A stretch of DNA of 49,604 nucleotides from assembly GCA_037447435.1 (NCBI GenBank), contig JBBIGR010000039.1:1-49604 (forward strand). The letters are read 5' to 3'. Below, piece after piece: positions 1 through 8,790 of the stretch. Positions within the stretch are counted from its first letter, which is position 1; every line of letters starts with the position of its first letter. The notes under the pieces were generated by a model, which did not search any database, was not told where the DNA came from, and saw nothing but the letters and a program-made list of their open reading frames with translations. Source of the DNA: Fibrobacteria bacterium. GTDB taxonomy: Bacteria > Fibrobacterota > Chitinivibrionia > Chitinivibrionales > FEN-1185. Position numbers and translations under genes: made by a program.

Positions 1-1
1 T

Positions 2-55
2 ATCGATACCAAGATCGAAGATCTGAAGAAACAGTTACAGCAAATTAATAAGTAA
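2..55 (+). CDS. 3' end of an upstream CDS (partial), probably part of the same operon
   Basis: Open frame IDTKIEDLKKQLQQINK* ending TAA at 53-55, 61 bp before the next gene; coiled-coil-like composition. Confidence 0.6.
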   Translation: MDTKIEDLKKQLQQINK

Positions 56-116
56 TTGAAACGATCGGTGTCCAAACACTTTAAAGATATGCCGGGCAAA
101 AGAGGAGTGCTAACAC

Positions 117-3100
117 ATGAGAACATGTACTAACAAAATTTTTCTGGGTATATTTGTCATTTTCTCCTTATGTTGTATGTATGCAGGAAGCGCCGTGTAT
201 GCTTCGGCAGCGGAAGATAAAAAGAAGGCAGACCTTTTAAAACAGATCCAAGAGTTGGAAAACAAGAAAAAAGCCCTCGCCGATCAGACGCAACAGAAAA
301 TCAGCGCGAAAAAGGAAACCGGCAAAAGCTTGGAAGAGATCATTACCCGCTATGAAACGCTCATGGCAGGATGCACCAAGAAAAACGATCGATGCGCGGA
401 TGTTCTTTTTACCTTGGCACAACTTTATTACGACCAGGCTCGCGATTCGTACATTAAGGCGCGTGAAGATTATGGCAAAGCAATGGATGCCTATGAAAAA
501 AATCCGAAGGGCCCCGAGCCGATCAATCCGTTGCCGAATTATTCAAAGTCAATGAAAATGTACATACGATTGACTAAAGAATATGCCGATTTTAAAACCG
601 TGGACGAAGCGTATTATCAAATGGGCAATATTTACCTGGTTATGGGGGAAGTGGACAGCTCGCAGATGGCCTTCGAGCAGGTTATAAAAGTGAGCCCGAA
701 CGGAAGTCGCGCATCGGGTTCCCATTTCCGTATTGCGGACTTTGCCTATCTCAAACACGATTATCCAACCGCGTTAAAGCACCTTGAACAATGCAAATCT
801 GAAGGCCTTTCTCCGGATAATCTCGGCATGGTTCAATATCGTAAAGGTGAAATCAATTATAACATGGGGGATTTCGACAAGGCTGTCGAATATTTCTTTC
901 AATATGTTCAAAAATGCGATGCCGGAGAATATCCGAAGGCCGAATTCAGGCAGGAAGCGCTGGAATACATGGCAATCGCGTTTTCCGATATGCCGAAAGG
1001 ATCGGAAGAAGCTCAGAAGTTTTTCAAAAAAGTCAATGGCCGGGCCTACGAAGATTACGTCATTTATACGATCGGTATGAAGAACCGGGTGCATGGCCAA
1101 ACCGACGACGCTATCGTGGCGTTGCAGGCAGCTCTTAAAAAATATCCTTATTACAAAGATGCTCCAATTGCCCAGCAAATGCTTGTTGAATGTTATATCA
1201 TTAAAAAAGATTATGAAAAAGCAAATGCCGCGCGCGAAAAATTGGTCGATTTTTACGGCCAAGGCGGGGAATGGGCTTCAAAAAATACTACTCAAAAAGC
1301 TGTCATGGATCAGGCGAGAAACGAAGTCCGCAAGGCTTTAGCGGCAATTCCTTTATATTACCACGGACTTGCTCAGAAATCCAAAGACAAAGCGTTGTAT
1401 GAAAAAGCACTCAACCGGTACAATGAATTTGCGCAGAAATTCCCGGACGACAAATGGCATAATTATGAATTCCGTTATTATATGGCAGAAATTTATAATA
1501 CGCTTGGCAATTTCCAAAAGTCGGCAGAGAATTTCGATTATGTCGCAATGGCCGATCTTGCATCGTTCGGACAATTTAAAGAAGATTATGATACGCTCGG
1601 CATGGATCAAACCGAAATAGAAAAGCAGAAGAAAGAGGAAAAGTCCGGTCCTATTTCTATTTCGCAAGAGGACGCCGCCTATAATGCCGTTGTCGCTTTG
1701 ATGAATGCGAGAAAAAAGGCAATGGCAAAAGACGGGATTTCGGACGAACAATCTTTTACAATGCCCGAAACCAAGCAATTGCTTGATTTCGTACATCGTT
1801 ATCAGACGCGATTTGCAAAAAGCGTAAATGCAGCTGAAATTTCCTATATCGGTGCCGACATGTATTATGCGGCAAAGATGTACGATAATGCGAGCAAGGA
1901 TTACAAGTTTATCATCGATTCGTACCCGACTTCGAAATTCGCGCAGAAATCGATGCGTATGATAGCGAATTGCTACGTTAATACGGGCGAATTCGATTTG
2001 GCGCAGGCTAAATATAAAGACCTGTTGAAGAAAACAGAAGTAAACTCCGTCGATTATAATGAAATCGTAGAACTTGCCGCCGGAGCAATGTTTAAAAAAG
2101 CGGAAGCAATGAAAAAGTCGAATAACGTCATGGGTGCGGCCGACGCTTTCAAAGCGATTGCGAATGATTTTCCAAAGAGTAAAGTTGCAGCGCGCGGTTG
2201 GTTTGAGGCCGGCGTTTGCTATGAAGCCACAAATAACTATGAACTTGCTGCCGCGACGTTGCAGGAATTGGCCACAAAATTTGCCAACTCCGAAATGCGC
2301 GAGAATGCATTCTTACGGGCTGCCGATGATTTCAAAAAAATAGAAAAGTGGGCCAACGCCGCTGCGGTGTACCAGGCGGCCGCCATGGCAATAACCAAGC
2401 CCGATTATGCAATTCCAAGTTTGTCGTATGCCGCCGAAGCATATCAAAAAGTGAATGATTTTGAAAATGCGGGAAAAATGTATGAACTTGCCTATGAGCG
2501 TTATCCCAAAGACAGCAAAACGCCGCAAGCTTTGTACAATGCGGGATTGATTTTCGAAAAAGGCAAATTGTATGAACGTGCCATAAAATCCTACATGCTT
2601 TTGACGCAGAATTTCCCCACTTCCGAATATTCTCCTGAAGCGTATTTTTCCGTTGGCTTGTGCTACGAAAAAATGAAAAAGAATGTGGAAATGGCGTCGG
2701 TGTTTACGGACTTTGCCAGGAAATATGAAGGCGATAAGTACAAACAGGTTGAAGCGCTTGTAAAGGCGGGCGATGCGTATTACAATATGGGCGACATGAA
2801 AGAGGCGCAGAAAGATTATCAGCTCGCCGTGGAAGTATACGAGAAATTCAAAGGCAAACAGGACTTGAATGTCGAGGCGATCGCGAAGTCCTATTATATG
2901 CAGGGCGAAATTTTATATAAAGCCTTCAACGACATCAGCCTTAAAGGCAGCAAGAGTCAGGTCGCGAATAATTTGAAGCTGAAAGAAGAGGCGTTGAAAA
3001 ATGCCGCAGGTCCTTATGCTAAATCGATCGAAATCGGCGTTGAGGAATGGACATTGCGTTCGACGTTTAAAATCGGAATGGGTTTCGTTGATTTCGCGGA

Positions 3101-3878
3101 AGCAATCGAGGACCAGTCTATCGAAGGTTCAACCGAACAGAAAATCGGCGCAAAAATCAAGATACTTTCCAGTCTCGATAAATATTATCTGAGTTCACTT
3201 AAGTACTTCCAGAAAAACATCGAATGGGCCTACGATCAGAACATTACGGGCGATTACGTGGCGAAATCGATGGACATGTTCATGAAAGTTCTTTTCTTGC
3301 GTGCAAATGCAATTGAGAAAGTCGGAATAATTTTAAAGACGTCGCCTGTTCCAAAAGATCTGTCGAAGGAAGACAAACAGGCATATCAGGAAGTTCTTGA
3401 AGAAAAATCTCTCGAAGCAATGGACAAAGCGTTACCGCTTTATGAAGAAGCGATTAAAACCGCCGCCGAAATGGGTATAGACAAGAGTCCGTGGCTCACG
3501 AAAATTAAAGAACGTATTCAGGACATAAACCCGTCGTCTCAGGCTCTTACGCTCGAAATAAAGCCGCGTGCTCCTAAACCGGTACAGGAAGATGCTGCGG
3601 CTCAAGGAGGAGACGCCGGAAATAAAAAGGACGGGAAAAAAGTGTCGGCGGCAACGCCGGGCAGTTCAAACGCTTCTGCGTCGGCAGCTCCGGGATTTCG
3701 AGACGATGCATATCAAAGAAATATGAAACGTATCCAGAATATTATTGCAATGGATATCCCGCTTGACGACAAGGTAAAGCAACTTAAAAGAATAGAAACG
3801 GAAGCTTTGAGAAATATAGACCTTGAACAGGAAAAAATTTCCGATCTTAAAAACGGTTCAAGCGGGAATAGTCAATAA
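117..3878 (+). CDS. Large exported TPR protein, GltD/AgmU-like
   Basis: RBS AGAGGAG at 101-107; N-terminal signal peptide; many TPR units; C-terminal GltD-type motifs (EEWTLRSTFKIG; PVPKDLSKEDKQAYQEVLEEK...A.PLYE.A...A.EMG...W); directly upstream of exbB/exbD/exbD/TonB-C genes. Confidence 0.8.
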   Translation: MRTCTNKIFLGIFVIFSLCCMYAGSAVYASAAEDKKKADLLKQIQELENKKKALADQTQQKISAKKETGKSLEEIITRYETLMAGCTKKNDRCADVLFTLAQLYYDQARDSYIKAREDYGKAMDAYEKNPKGPEPINPLPNYSKSMKMYIRLTKEYADFKTVDEAYYQMGNIYLVMGEVDSSQMAFEQVIKVSPNGSRASGSHFRIADFAYLKHDYPTALKHLEQCKSEGLSPDNLGMVQYRKGEINYNMGDFDKAVEYFFQYVQKCDAGEYPKAEFRQEALEYMAIAFSDMPKGSEEAQKFFKKVNGRAYEDYVIYTIGMKNRVHGQTDDAIVALQAALKKYPYYKDAPIAQQMLVECYIIKKDYEKANAAREKLVDFYGQGGEWASKNTTQKAVMDQARNEVRKALAAIPLYYHGLAQKSKDKALYEKALNRYNEFAQKFPDDKWHNYEFRYYMAEIYNTLGNFQKSAENFDYVAMADLASFGQFKEDYDTLGMDQTEIEKQKKEEKSGPISISQEDAAYNAVVALMNARKKAMAKDGISDEQSFTMPETKQLLDFVHRYQTRFAKSVNAAEISYIGADMYYAAKMYDNASKDYKFIIDSYPTSKFAQKSMRMIANCYVNTGEFDLAQAKYKDLLKKTEVNSVDYNEIVELAAGAMFKKAEAMKKSNNVMGAADAFKAIANDFPKSKVAARGWFEAGVCYEATNNYELAAATLQELATKFANSEMRENAFLRAADDFKKIEKWANAAAVYQAAAMAITKPDYAIPSLSYAAEAYQKVNDFENAGKMYELAYERYPKDSKTPQALYNAGLIFEKGKLYERAIKSYMLLTQNFPTSEYSPEAYFSVGLCYEKMKKNVEMASVFTDFARKYEGDKYKQVEALVKAGDAYYNMGDMKEAQKDYQLAVEVYEKFKGKQDLNVEAIAKSYYMQGEILYKAFNDISLKGSKSQVANNLKLKEEALKNAAGPYAKSIEIGVEEWTLRSTFKIGMGFVDFAEAIEDQSIEGSTEQKIGAKIKILSSLDKYYLSSLKYFQKNIEWAYDQNITGDYVAKSMDMFMKVLFLRANAIEKVGIILKTSPVPKDLSKEDKQAYQEVLEEKSLEAMDKALPLYEEAIKTAAEMGIDKSPWLTKIKERIQDINPSSQALTLEIKPRAPKPVQEDAAAQGGDAGNKKDGKKVSAATPGSSNASASAAPGFRDDAYQRNMKRIQNIIAMDIPLDDKVKQLKRIETEALRNIDLEQEKISDLKNGSSGNSQ

Positions 3879-3991
3879 AAGAAAGAAAGAAAGGAGTAGT
3901 GCGAGAGATAACTTCTTTTTTAGACACTTTGATTATGAAATGTTCTCCATTATTTTTAATGATATACCTTTAAACGGAAGGGGTTTACGTT

Positions 3992-4618
3992 ATGCAAATG
4001 CTTAATTTCTTGTTGCTTGGTTTTCAGTCATCCGCAGGTTTCCTCATGTGGATTATTCTTGTGGTTTTGTTTGCAGGACTTGGTTTGTTTATCGAACGTT
4101 TTTGGTACTTGTTCCTGAAATGCGACATGGGGAGCGCTGCATTTATGAAGGGCATCTCGAACTATTTAAAGGCCGGCGATTATGAACGCGCGATTAAGTA
4201 CGCTGCAACACTGAAGTCGCCAATTGCTAAAGGTGTTTTGGCCGTTCTTCAAAATCGCGGTAAAGGATCCAAATCCATTCGTAAAGCTGTTGATGAAGTG
4301 TTCCTTACCGAAGGCCCGAAAATTAAAAGAAATGTGTTCCTTCTTAACGTGTTTGCAAACCTTGCAACGCTTATCGGTTTGACAGGTACGATTTACGGAA
4401 CAATGGAATGTTTCGACGCTATCGCTAATGCTCCCGCTGCGCAAAGAGCACAGCAGTTGGCTTCCGGTATTTCCATCACAATGTCTGCAACGCTGATGGG
4501 TCTTCTTACTGCCGTTCCTTGTATCCTTATGGGCGGTATCTTAACTGCCAAGGCAGATAAAATTGTGGAAGACATGGACGAAAAGGTTACCAAATTAAGC
4601 AATGCTGTTGAAGAATAA
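3992..4618 (+). CDS. MotA/TolQ/ExbB proton-channel protein (AglR-like)
   Basis: Three hydrophobic segments; IERF after TM1; ANLATLIGLTGTIYG and LASGIS.TM.AT.MGLL.AVP channel motifs. Confidence 0.9.
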   Translation: MQMLNFLLLGFQSSAGFLMWIILVVLFAGLGLFIERFWYLFLKCDMGSAAFMKGISNYLKAGDYERAIKYAATLKSPIAKGVLAVLQNRGKGSKSIRKAVDEVFLTEGPKIKRNVFLLNVFANLATLIGLTGTIYGTMECFDAIANAPAAQRAQQLASGISITMSATLMGLLTAVPCILMGGILTAKADKIVEDMDEKVTKLSNAVEE

Positions 4619-4713
4619 CCGGAAATAACCCAAACGTTGGCGCGTGGTATTCTCCTAATTAAAGGGAATGTACGATCCAATGAAACAAGAACACTCTTGA
4701 CAGGAAATTAAAC

Positions 4714-5520
4714 ATGTCCAACATGCCACGAAAAAAACTTAGTGAAGGCGCTGAGGCGGAAATCGACCTTAAGCCCTTTATTAACTTTCTTGTTGTGCTC
4801 ATTCCGGTGCTCATGCTTTCTGCGGAGTTTGCAAAAATATCAATTATCAATTTGAAACTTCCCGAAGGCAGAGGATCACAAACGGAAACCGCTGTAAAAA
4901 CGCCACCGCCAAACGATGATTCGGACAAGCTCCTTCTTACCATGATTGTCACGGATTCCGTTGTTACGCTTGGTGCAAAGGGTGGGTTTATGCCCAGTCT
5001 TTTTTACAAGGAATTTCACAAATACGTTTCCCGGGAAGACCGGGGCGTAGAGGTGACGGTAGAGTATGATCCTTCGAATCCGAAGAAAATGCCGCTCAAT
5101 CCGAAAACGCGAAAACCGTTTACGGTCTATGAGCGTCAGGAAATTATGCTGTATGTTACGGACGAAAACAGGAATATCATCAATTGCATGTATACAAAAA
5201 CAAATGAGATGTTGACCGATGCTAACGGTAAACCAATGCAAAAGGTGAATCCCGGCGATACGGTGTATGTACTTACCAATCCGCGGCGAATGGTTATCGT
5301 GACAAACCCGGCCCAATTCGTTTTGAAACCGCTGTCTGCGTACGATGAGATGAAAAATCGTCTTATGAAAATCAAGCAACGGTATGTGGATGTGCCGGAT
5401 GGAAACGACATCATTTTGGCGGCGGAAAACGAAGTCGCATACGACAAGATTGTACAGCTTATGGATGTTGCAAGAGCAGCTGAATTTCCCAACATCGCTA
5501 TTTCGAAATTAAGGAGTTAA
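4714..5520 (+). CDS. ExbD/TolR family protein with large periplasmic insertion (AglQ-like)
   Basis: N-terminal EIDLKPFINFLVVLIPVLMLSA TM; C-terminal IILAAENEVAYDKIVQLMDVARAAEFPNI ExbD motif; 268 aa. Confidence 0.85.
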   Translation: MSNMPRKKLSEGAEAEIDLKPFINFLVVLIPVLMLSAEFAKISIINLKLPEGRGSQTETAVKTPPPNDDSDKLLLTMIVTDSVVTLGAKGGFMPSLFYKEFHKYVSREDRGVEVTVEYDPSNPKKMPLNPKTRKPFTVYERQEIMLYVTDENRNIINCMYTKTNEMLTDANGKPMQKVNPGDTVYVLTNPRRMVIVTNPAQFVLKPLSAYDEMKNRLMKIKQRYVDVPDGNDIILAAENEVAYDKIVQLMDVARAAEFPNIAISKLRS

Positions 5521-5521
5521 T

Positions 5522-6028
5522 ATGGCTATCGTTAGAGGAAGGAACAAATATGCGACTCCGAAATCTGCGGGGTTGATTATCACTTCCTTGATTGACTTCT
5601 TTTCCATTGTCGTGATTTATCTCATGAAAAGTTATTCTGCAGAAGGTAGTATTCTTACAAATGCGGATAACCTTGTCCTGCCCAACTCTGTCGCAATTTC
5701 GAAGCCAAAGGAAATATATCTCCAGTTGGCCGCTACAAGCGATATGATACTGGTAGACAACGTTCCTGTTGTTCCTACCGACGATGTGAGAAGAATTCCA
5801 CAGAGCGTTGCAGATCCCATTGTGCCAAAACTTGAGGAAAAATTGCAGGCTGCGTATCAAAAAGAACAGCAAATGGTTCGTTTGGGAGCGCTCAATAAAA
5901 TTCAAGGAAACGTGATTATTCAGGTCGATAAGAATCTTGAATTCGATGTCCTTTTCAAACTCATGAACACCTGCGGAAAAGTCGGATACAATAATATGAA
6001 TTTCGCAGTTATGGAAAGGGAACAATAG
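5522..6028 (+). CDS. ExbD/TolR family protein (AglS-like)
   Basis: LIITSLIDFFSIVVIYLMKSYS TM with conserved Asp; C-terminal IIQVDKNLEFDVLFKLMNTCGKVGYNNMNFAV; RBS AAGGAG. Confidence 0.88.
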   Translation: MAIVRGRNKYATPKSAGLIITSLIDFFSIVVIYLMKSYSAEGSILTNADNLVLPNSVAISKPKEIYLQLAATSDMILVDNVPVVPTDDVRRIPQSVADPIVPKLEEKLQAAYQKEQQMVRLGALNKIQGNVIIQVDKNLEFDVLFKLMNTCGKVGYNNMNFAVMEREQ

Positions 6029-6030
6029 CT

Positions 6031-7329
6031 GTGAAGTATAAAGTACTAATAAAAAAATGCGCAGACCCCCAACGGGCCGATAAGATCGCCGAAGAGGTCG
6101 CCCGCTGGTCAGGTACGACAGCGGATGTTGTCCGGAATGTGATCACACAAAAGCCGGTATGCATCCGTAAAGAAGCCGAAGAAGCAGAGGCAATGCGGCT
6201 CAAGCAGCAATTTGAGGCCATCGGTGCGGAAATTGAGCTTGTTGCTTTGGAAAAAACCGCTGCAGCTCCTGTTTCATCGCAGGCTGATTCCGACGAAGAA
6301 GATTCCGATCTTGACGGCAGGGTTCTTTCCGATTCAGAATATTCACAAGTGCTCAGCAAGCGCGGCGACATATTCACCATGGACAAGGACACCCGCCTCA
6401 GAAACGTCATGACGATTTGCATGATACTCGGTATTGTTGCCGGCGTGTACATGAGTACGCTTAAAATCGTACAGGTCGCCACTGACTTTTTCGAAAAGAT
6501 TCCGGAAGAGCGTGTTGCAAAATTCGTGAAAAACGAAGTCGACGCAACGCTCGATCAGCAGAAAAAGAAAGATGAAGAAAAGAAAAAAGAAGAGGAAATA
6601 AAAACCGATAAAAAAACGCTCAGCAAAAAGCCGACCTCAAAAGGCGCTGGCGGTACGACGGGCGGCGGCGGCGATCCCCGCGCACGCGTAACGCAAAAAG
6701 GAGTTTTAGGTATTATTTCCGGAAAAATCACCGGTAAAGCGGTTGCCTCTGCCGATATCTTCGGAAAAGGCGGATTTGCATCGGGTATCGACGGCGTTTT
6801 GCAAGGTATCGGCGGTCTTAAAGCCGGCGGTTCCGGCGGCGTCGGTCGTAAGGGTGCAGCAGGTATCGGTTTTGGGGCAGGGTACGGAAGCGGATTCGGC
6901 GGCGGAAGCGGCATGGGTGTCGACGACCTCATCGGCGGCCTCCTGGGCGGCGAGGGCGAAAGCAGCTTGTCTCTTAAGAAACGCGGAAACCTTACCGTGT
7001 CCGAACCAAAATTTGTCAAGGGTGGCGCTCTCACGGGCGGTCGAAGCCGTGCGAGTATCATGCGCGTCGTTATGCAGAACTTGGCTGCATTGCGCTATGC
7101 CTACAACAAGAGACTTCGTGAAAAACCCGGTCTTAAGGGAAAAATCACCTGCAAGTTTGCAATTGATGAATTCGGTAAAGTTATATTCTGTGAAGCAGTC
7201 GAGTCGACCATGGCCGATGCTTCTTTGGAAGCTGAAATAGTCGACAAGGTAAAACGATGGGTTTTCGAAAAAATAGACAAACCCGGCGATGTTACCGAAG
7301 TCGTGTATCCTTTCGTATTCTCGCAGTAG
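6031..7329 (+). CDS. GltG/PglI(AgmX)-like TonB C-terminal-domain protein with N-terminal L7/L12-CTD-like domain
   Basis: GTG start; single TM (VMTICMILGIVAGVYM); Lys/Glu-rich linker; GVLGII followed by a long Gly-rich tract; C-terminal GGRSRASIMRVV...YNKRLREKPGLKGKITCKFAIDEFGKV...W.F......VVYPFVF typical of the AgmX/PglI C-terminal domain. Confidence 0.85.
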   Translation: MKYKVLIKKCADPQRADKIAEEVARWSGTTADVVRNVITQKPVCIRKEAEEAEAMRLKQQFEAIGAEIELVALEKTAAAPVSSQADSDEEDSDLDGRVLSDSEYSQVLSKRGDIFTMDKDTRLRNVMTICMILGIVAGVYMSTLKIVQVATDFFEKIPEERVAKFVKNEVDATLDQQKKKDEEKKKEEEIKTDKKTLSKKPTSKGAGGTTGGGGDPRARVTQKGVLGIISGKITGKAVASADIFGKGGFASGIDGVLQGIGGLKAGGSGGVGRKGAAGIGFGAGYGSGFGGGSGMGVDDLIGGLLGGEGESSLSLKKRGNLTVSEPKFVKGGALTGGRSRASIMRVVMQNLAALRYAYNKRLREKPGLKGKITCKFAIDEFGKVIFCEAVESTMADASLEAEIVDKVKRWVFEKIDKPGDVTEVVYPFVFSQ

Positions 7330-7338
7330 TTACGTTCC

Positions 7339-7383
7339 ATGCAAAAAGGCGCATCGAAATTCCGTTCGATGCGCCTTCTGCAT
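7339..7383 (+). terminator. Stem-loop after the Agl-Glt-like cluster, probable intrinsic terminator
   Basis: AAGGCGCATCGAA (7346-7358) / TTCGATGCGCCTT (7365-7377), a perfect 13-bp stem extended by ATGCA/TGCAT; the U-tract on + is weak. Confidence 0.7.
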
Positions 7384-7401
7384 AATGGAATCGAAAGTTT
7401 C

Positions 7402-7430
7402 TTGACTCAGAGAATACAAGAGAATATAAT
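7402..7430 (+). promoter_or_regulatory. sigma70-type promoter
   Basis: TTGACT (7402-7407), 17-nt spacer, TATAAT (7425-7430), about 40 nt upstream of the ATG at 7470. Confidence 0.75.
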
Positions 7431-7469
7431 TAAGCCGTGTGTTGCCTTAAATTCTATGGAGGAAAAACT

Positions 7470-8702
7470 ATGAAGAAGATTGCGTGCTTGGTACTCCTTG
7501 CGGGGTGGTTCGTCGGCAGCTATGCGACAGATGCGAGAGTGTATACGATGGGTGGCCATGATAATTTTTTCATGGACGATTTCAGCATTTTTAAAAACCC
7601 TGCGAACATTAATTATTATCCGAACATGTTGCTCGGCTCTCCCGGGGTGTTCAATACCGACCCATCAGATACGAGTCAGGCTCAGAAAAATCGGAATCCG
7701 CAAAAACCGTATTTCGGGCCCATCTTGTCGTATTCATTGAACCAGTCGTCCGAAAGCGGCACGCAATATCCTTTATTGTCATTTGGAGCAATATTCAACA
7801 GATACGATGACATGCTCGATTATCTTGATCCGTCGTCCGCCGTTTTCCAGAATGCGTATCAGGCTAGTACGACTAAATACGTGACCATGGTTGCACCGGT
7901 CGGGAAAATCGATGTCATGTTGGGTTATGCAATGCAAAACGGCATGATGTTGGGTGTCGGCGGGTATTTCGCGTTTCAGAGAGAAAAATCGGCGTATGAA
8001 ACTATGCCGGAACTTGAGTCCGATTTGTATCGTTTGAATGTCGGTATAAATTGGCCTGTCGCAAAATCAATGAATCTCGAAGCGTCCGCTGGGATTGCAA
8101 GTGTGACTGCCGTTGCACAGGATTCGACTTCAGACGGCGTGACCTCCGTCGATATTGCAAAATCGAATATTTCAGCTCGCGGCGATATCCGTTTGTTTTC
8201 GGCCCTCACTTCTCTTAATGGAGATTTCGTTCCCCATCTTGGCGTCGAATACATCAATTTGAAGAACTATACCGACCTTGATATTGCTGCCGGCCTCGGT
8301 GTGAACGTCAATATCGATAAAGGTTTTTTCTGGGCAGGTATCGAAGGATTATATACCGCACAGAATTACAAAATTCTCAAATCGACACCGACCGGTGTCG
8401 GCGGCAGAGTAAGCGCCGGCTTGGAACGCAACGTGTTCTTCGACTGGTGGGTCTGGCGTATCGGTGTCAGCAAATCGCTTCTGTATATTACCGATGCCGG
8501 TGAAGACGGGCACTGGGCGCAGAATCCGGAATCCGACGGAAGCAATAAAGACGCTTTCTCCCTTGGTTGGGGACTTAATATCGAAAACCGTTTGAAAGTT
8601 GACGTCGTCATGGCGGAAGATATGTTTTATACATTTACAAATCTTATCAGCGGAAACGCGAGCCATTTGACAAATAGGATTTCGTGCACGTACAGTTTCT
8701 AA
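7470..8702 (+). CDS. Outer-membrane beta-barrel protein (FadL/PorV-like N-terminal signature)
   Basis: RBS GGAGG at 7458-7462; signal peptide; ARVYTMGG...DDFSIFKNPA N-terminal motif; alternating amphipathic strands; C-terminal Phe (ISCTYSF). Confidence 0.7.
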   Translation: MKKIACLVLLAGWFVGSYATDARVYTMGGHDNFFMDDFSIFKNPANINYYPNMLLGSPGVFNTDPSDTSQAQKNRNPQKPYFGPILSYSLNQSSESGTQYPLLSFGAIFNRYDDMLDYLDPSSAVFQNAYQASTTKYVTMVAPVGKIDVMLGYAMQNGMMLGVGGYFAFQREKSAYETMPELESDLYRLNVGINWPVAKSMNLEASAGIASVTAVAQDSTSDGVTSVDIAKSNISARGDIRLFSALTSLNGDFVPHLGVEYINLKNYTDLDIAAGLGVNVNIDKGFFWAGIEGLYTAQNYKILKSTPTGVGGRVSAGLERNVFFDWWVWRIGVSKSLLYITDAGEDGHWAQNPESDGSNKDAFSLGWGLNIENRLKVDVVMAEDMFYTFTNLISGNASHLTNRISCTYSF

Positions 8703-8720
8703 TTAAGGTTTTCCTTAATT
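8701..8720. other. Short perfect inverted repeat between barrel gene and NTT-like gene
   Basis: AATTAAGG-TTTT-CCTTAATT directly at the stop codon. Confidence 0.5.
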
Positions 8721-8790
8721 TGCAAATCATGACATAACGATGCGGATGATACGGCTTGAAAGAGTATCATCCGCATTTTTTATTGAAACT

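Noticed and set aside
3891..3973. AAGGAG followed by a 24-codon GTG ORF before the exbB-like gene
   Set aside because: Only 2 nt between RBS and start; no other support.
6031..6243. A ribosomal rplL gene
   Set aside because: Only a CTD-like segment fused to a membrane protein; no bL12 N-terminal dimerisation domain and no rplJ/rpoB context.
3992..7329. Canonical Tol-Pal or iron-uptake TonB-ExbBD operon
   Set aside because: No tolB/pal or TonB-dependent receptor; two ExbD-like genes, a Gly-rich rather than Pro-rich transducer and a GltD-like TPR neighbour fit Agl-Glt-like systems better.
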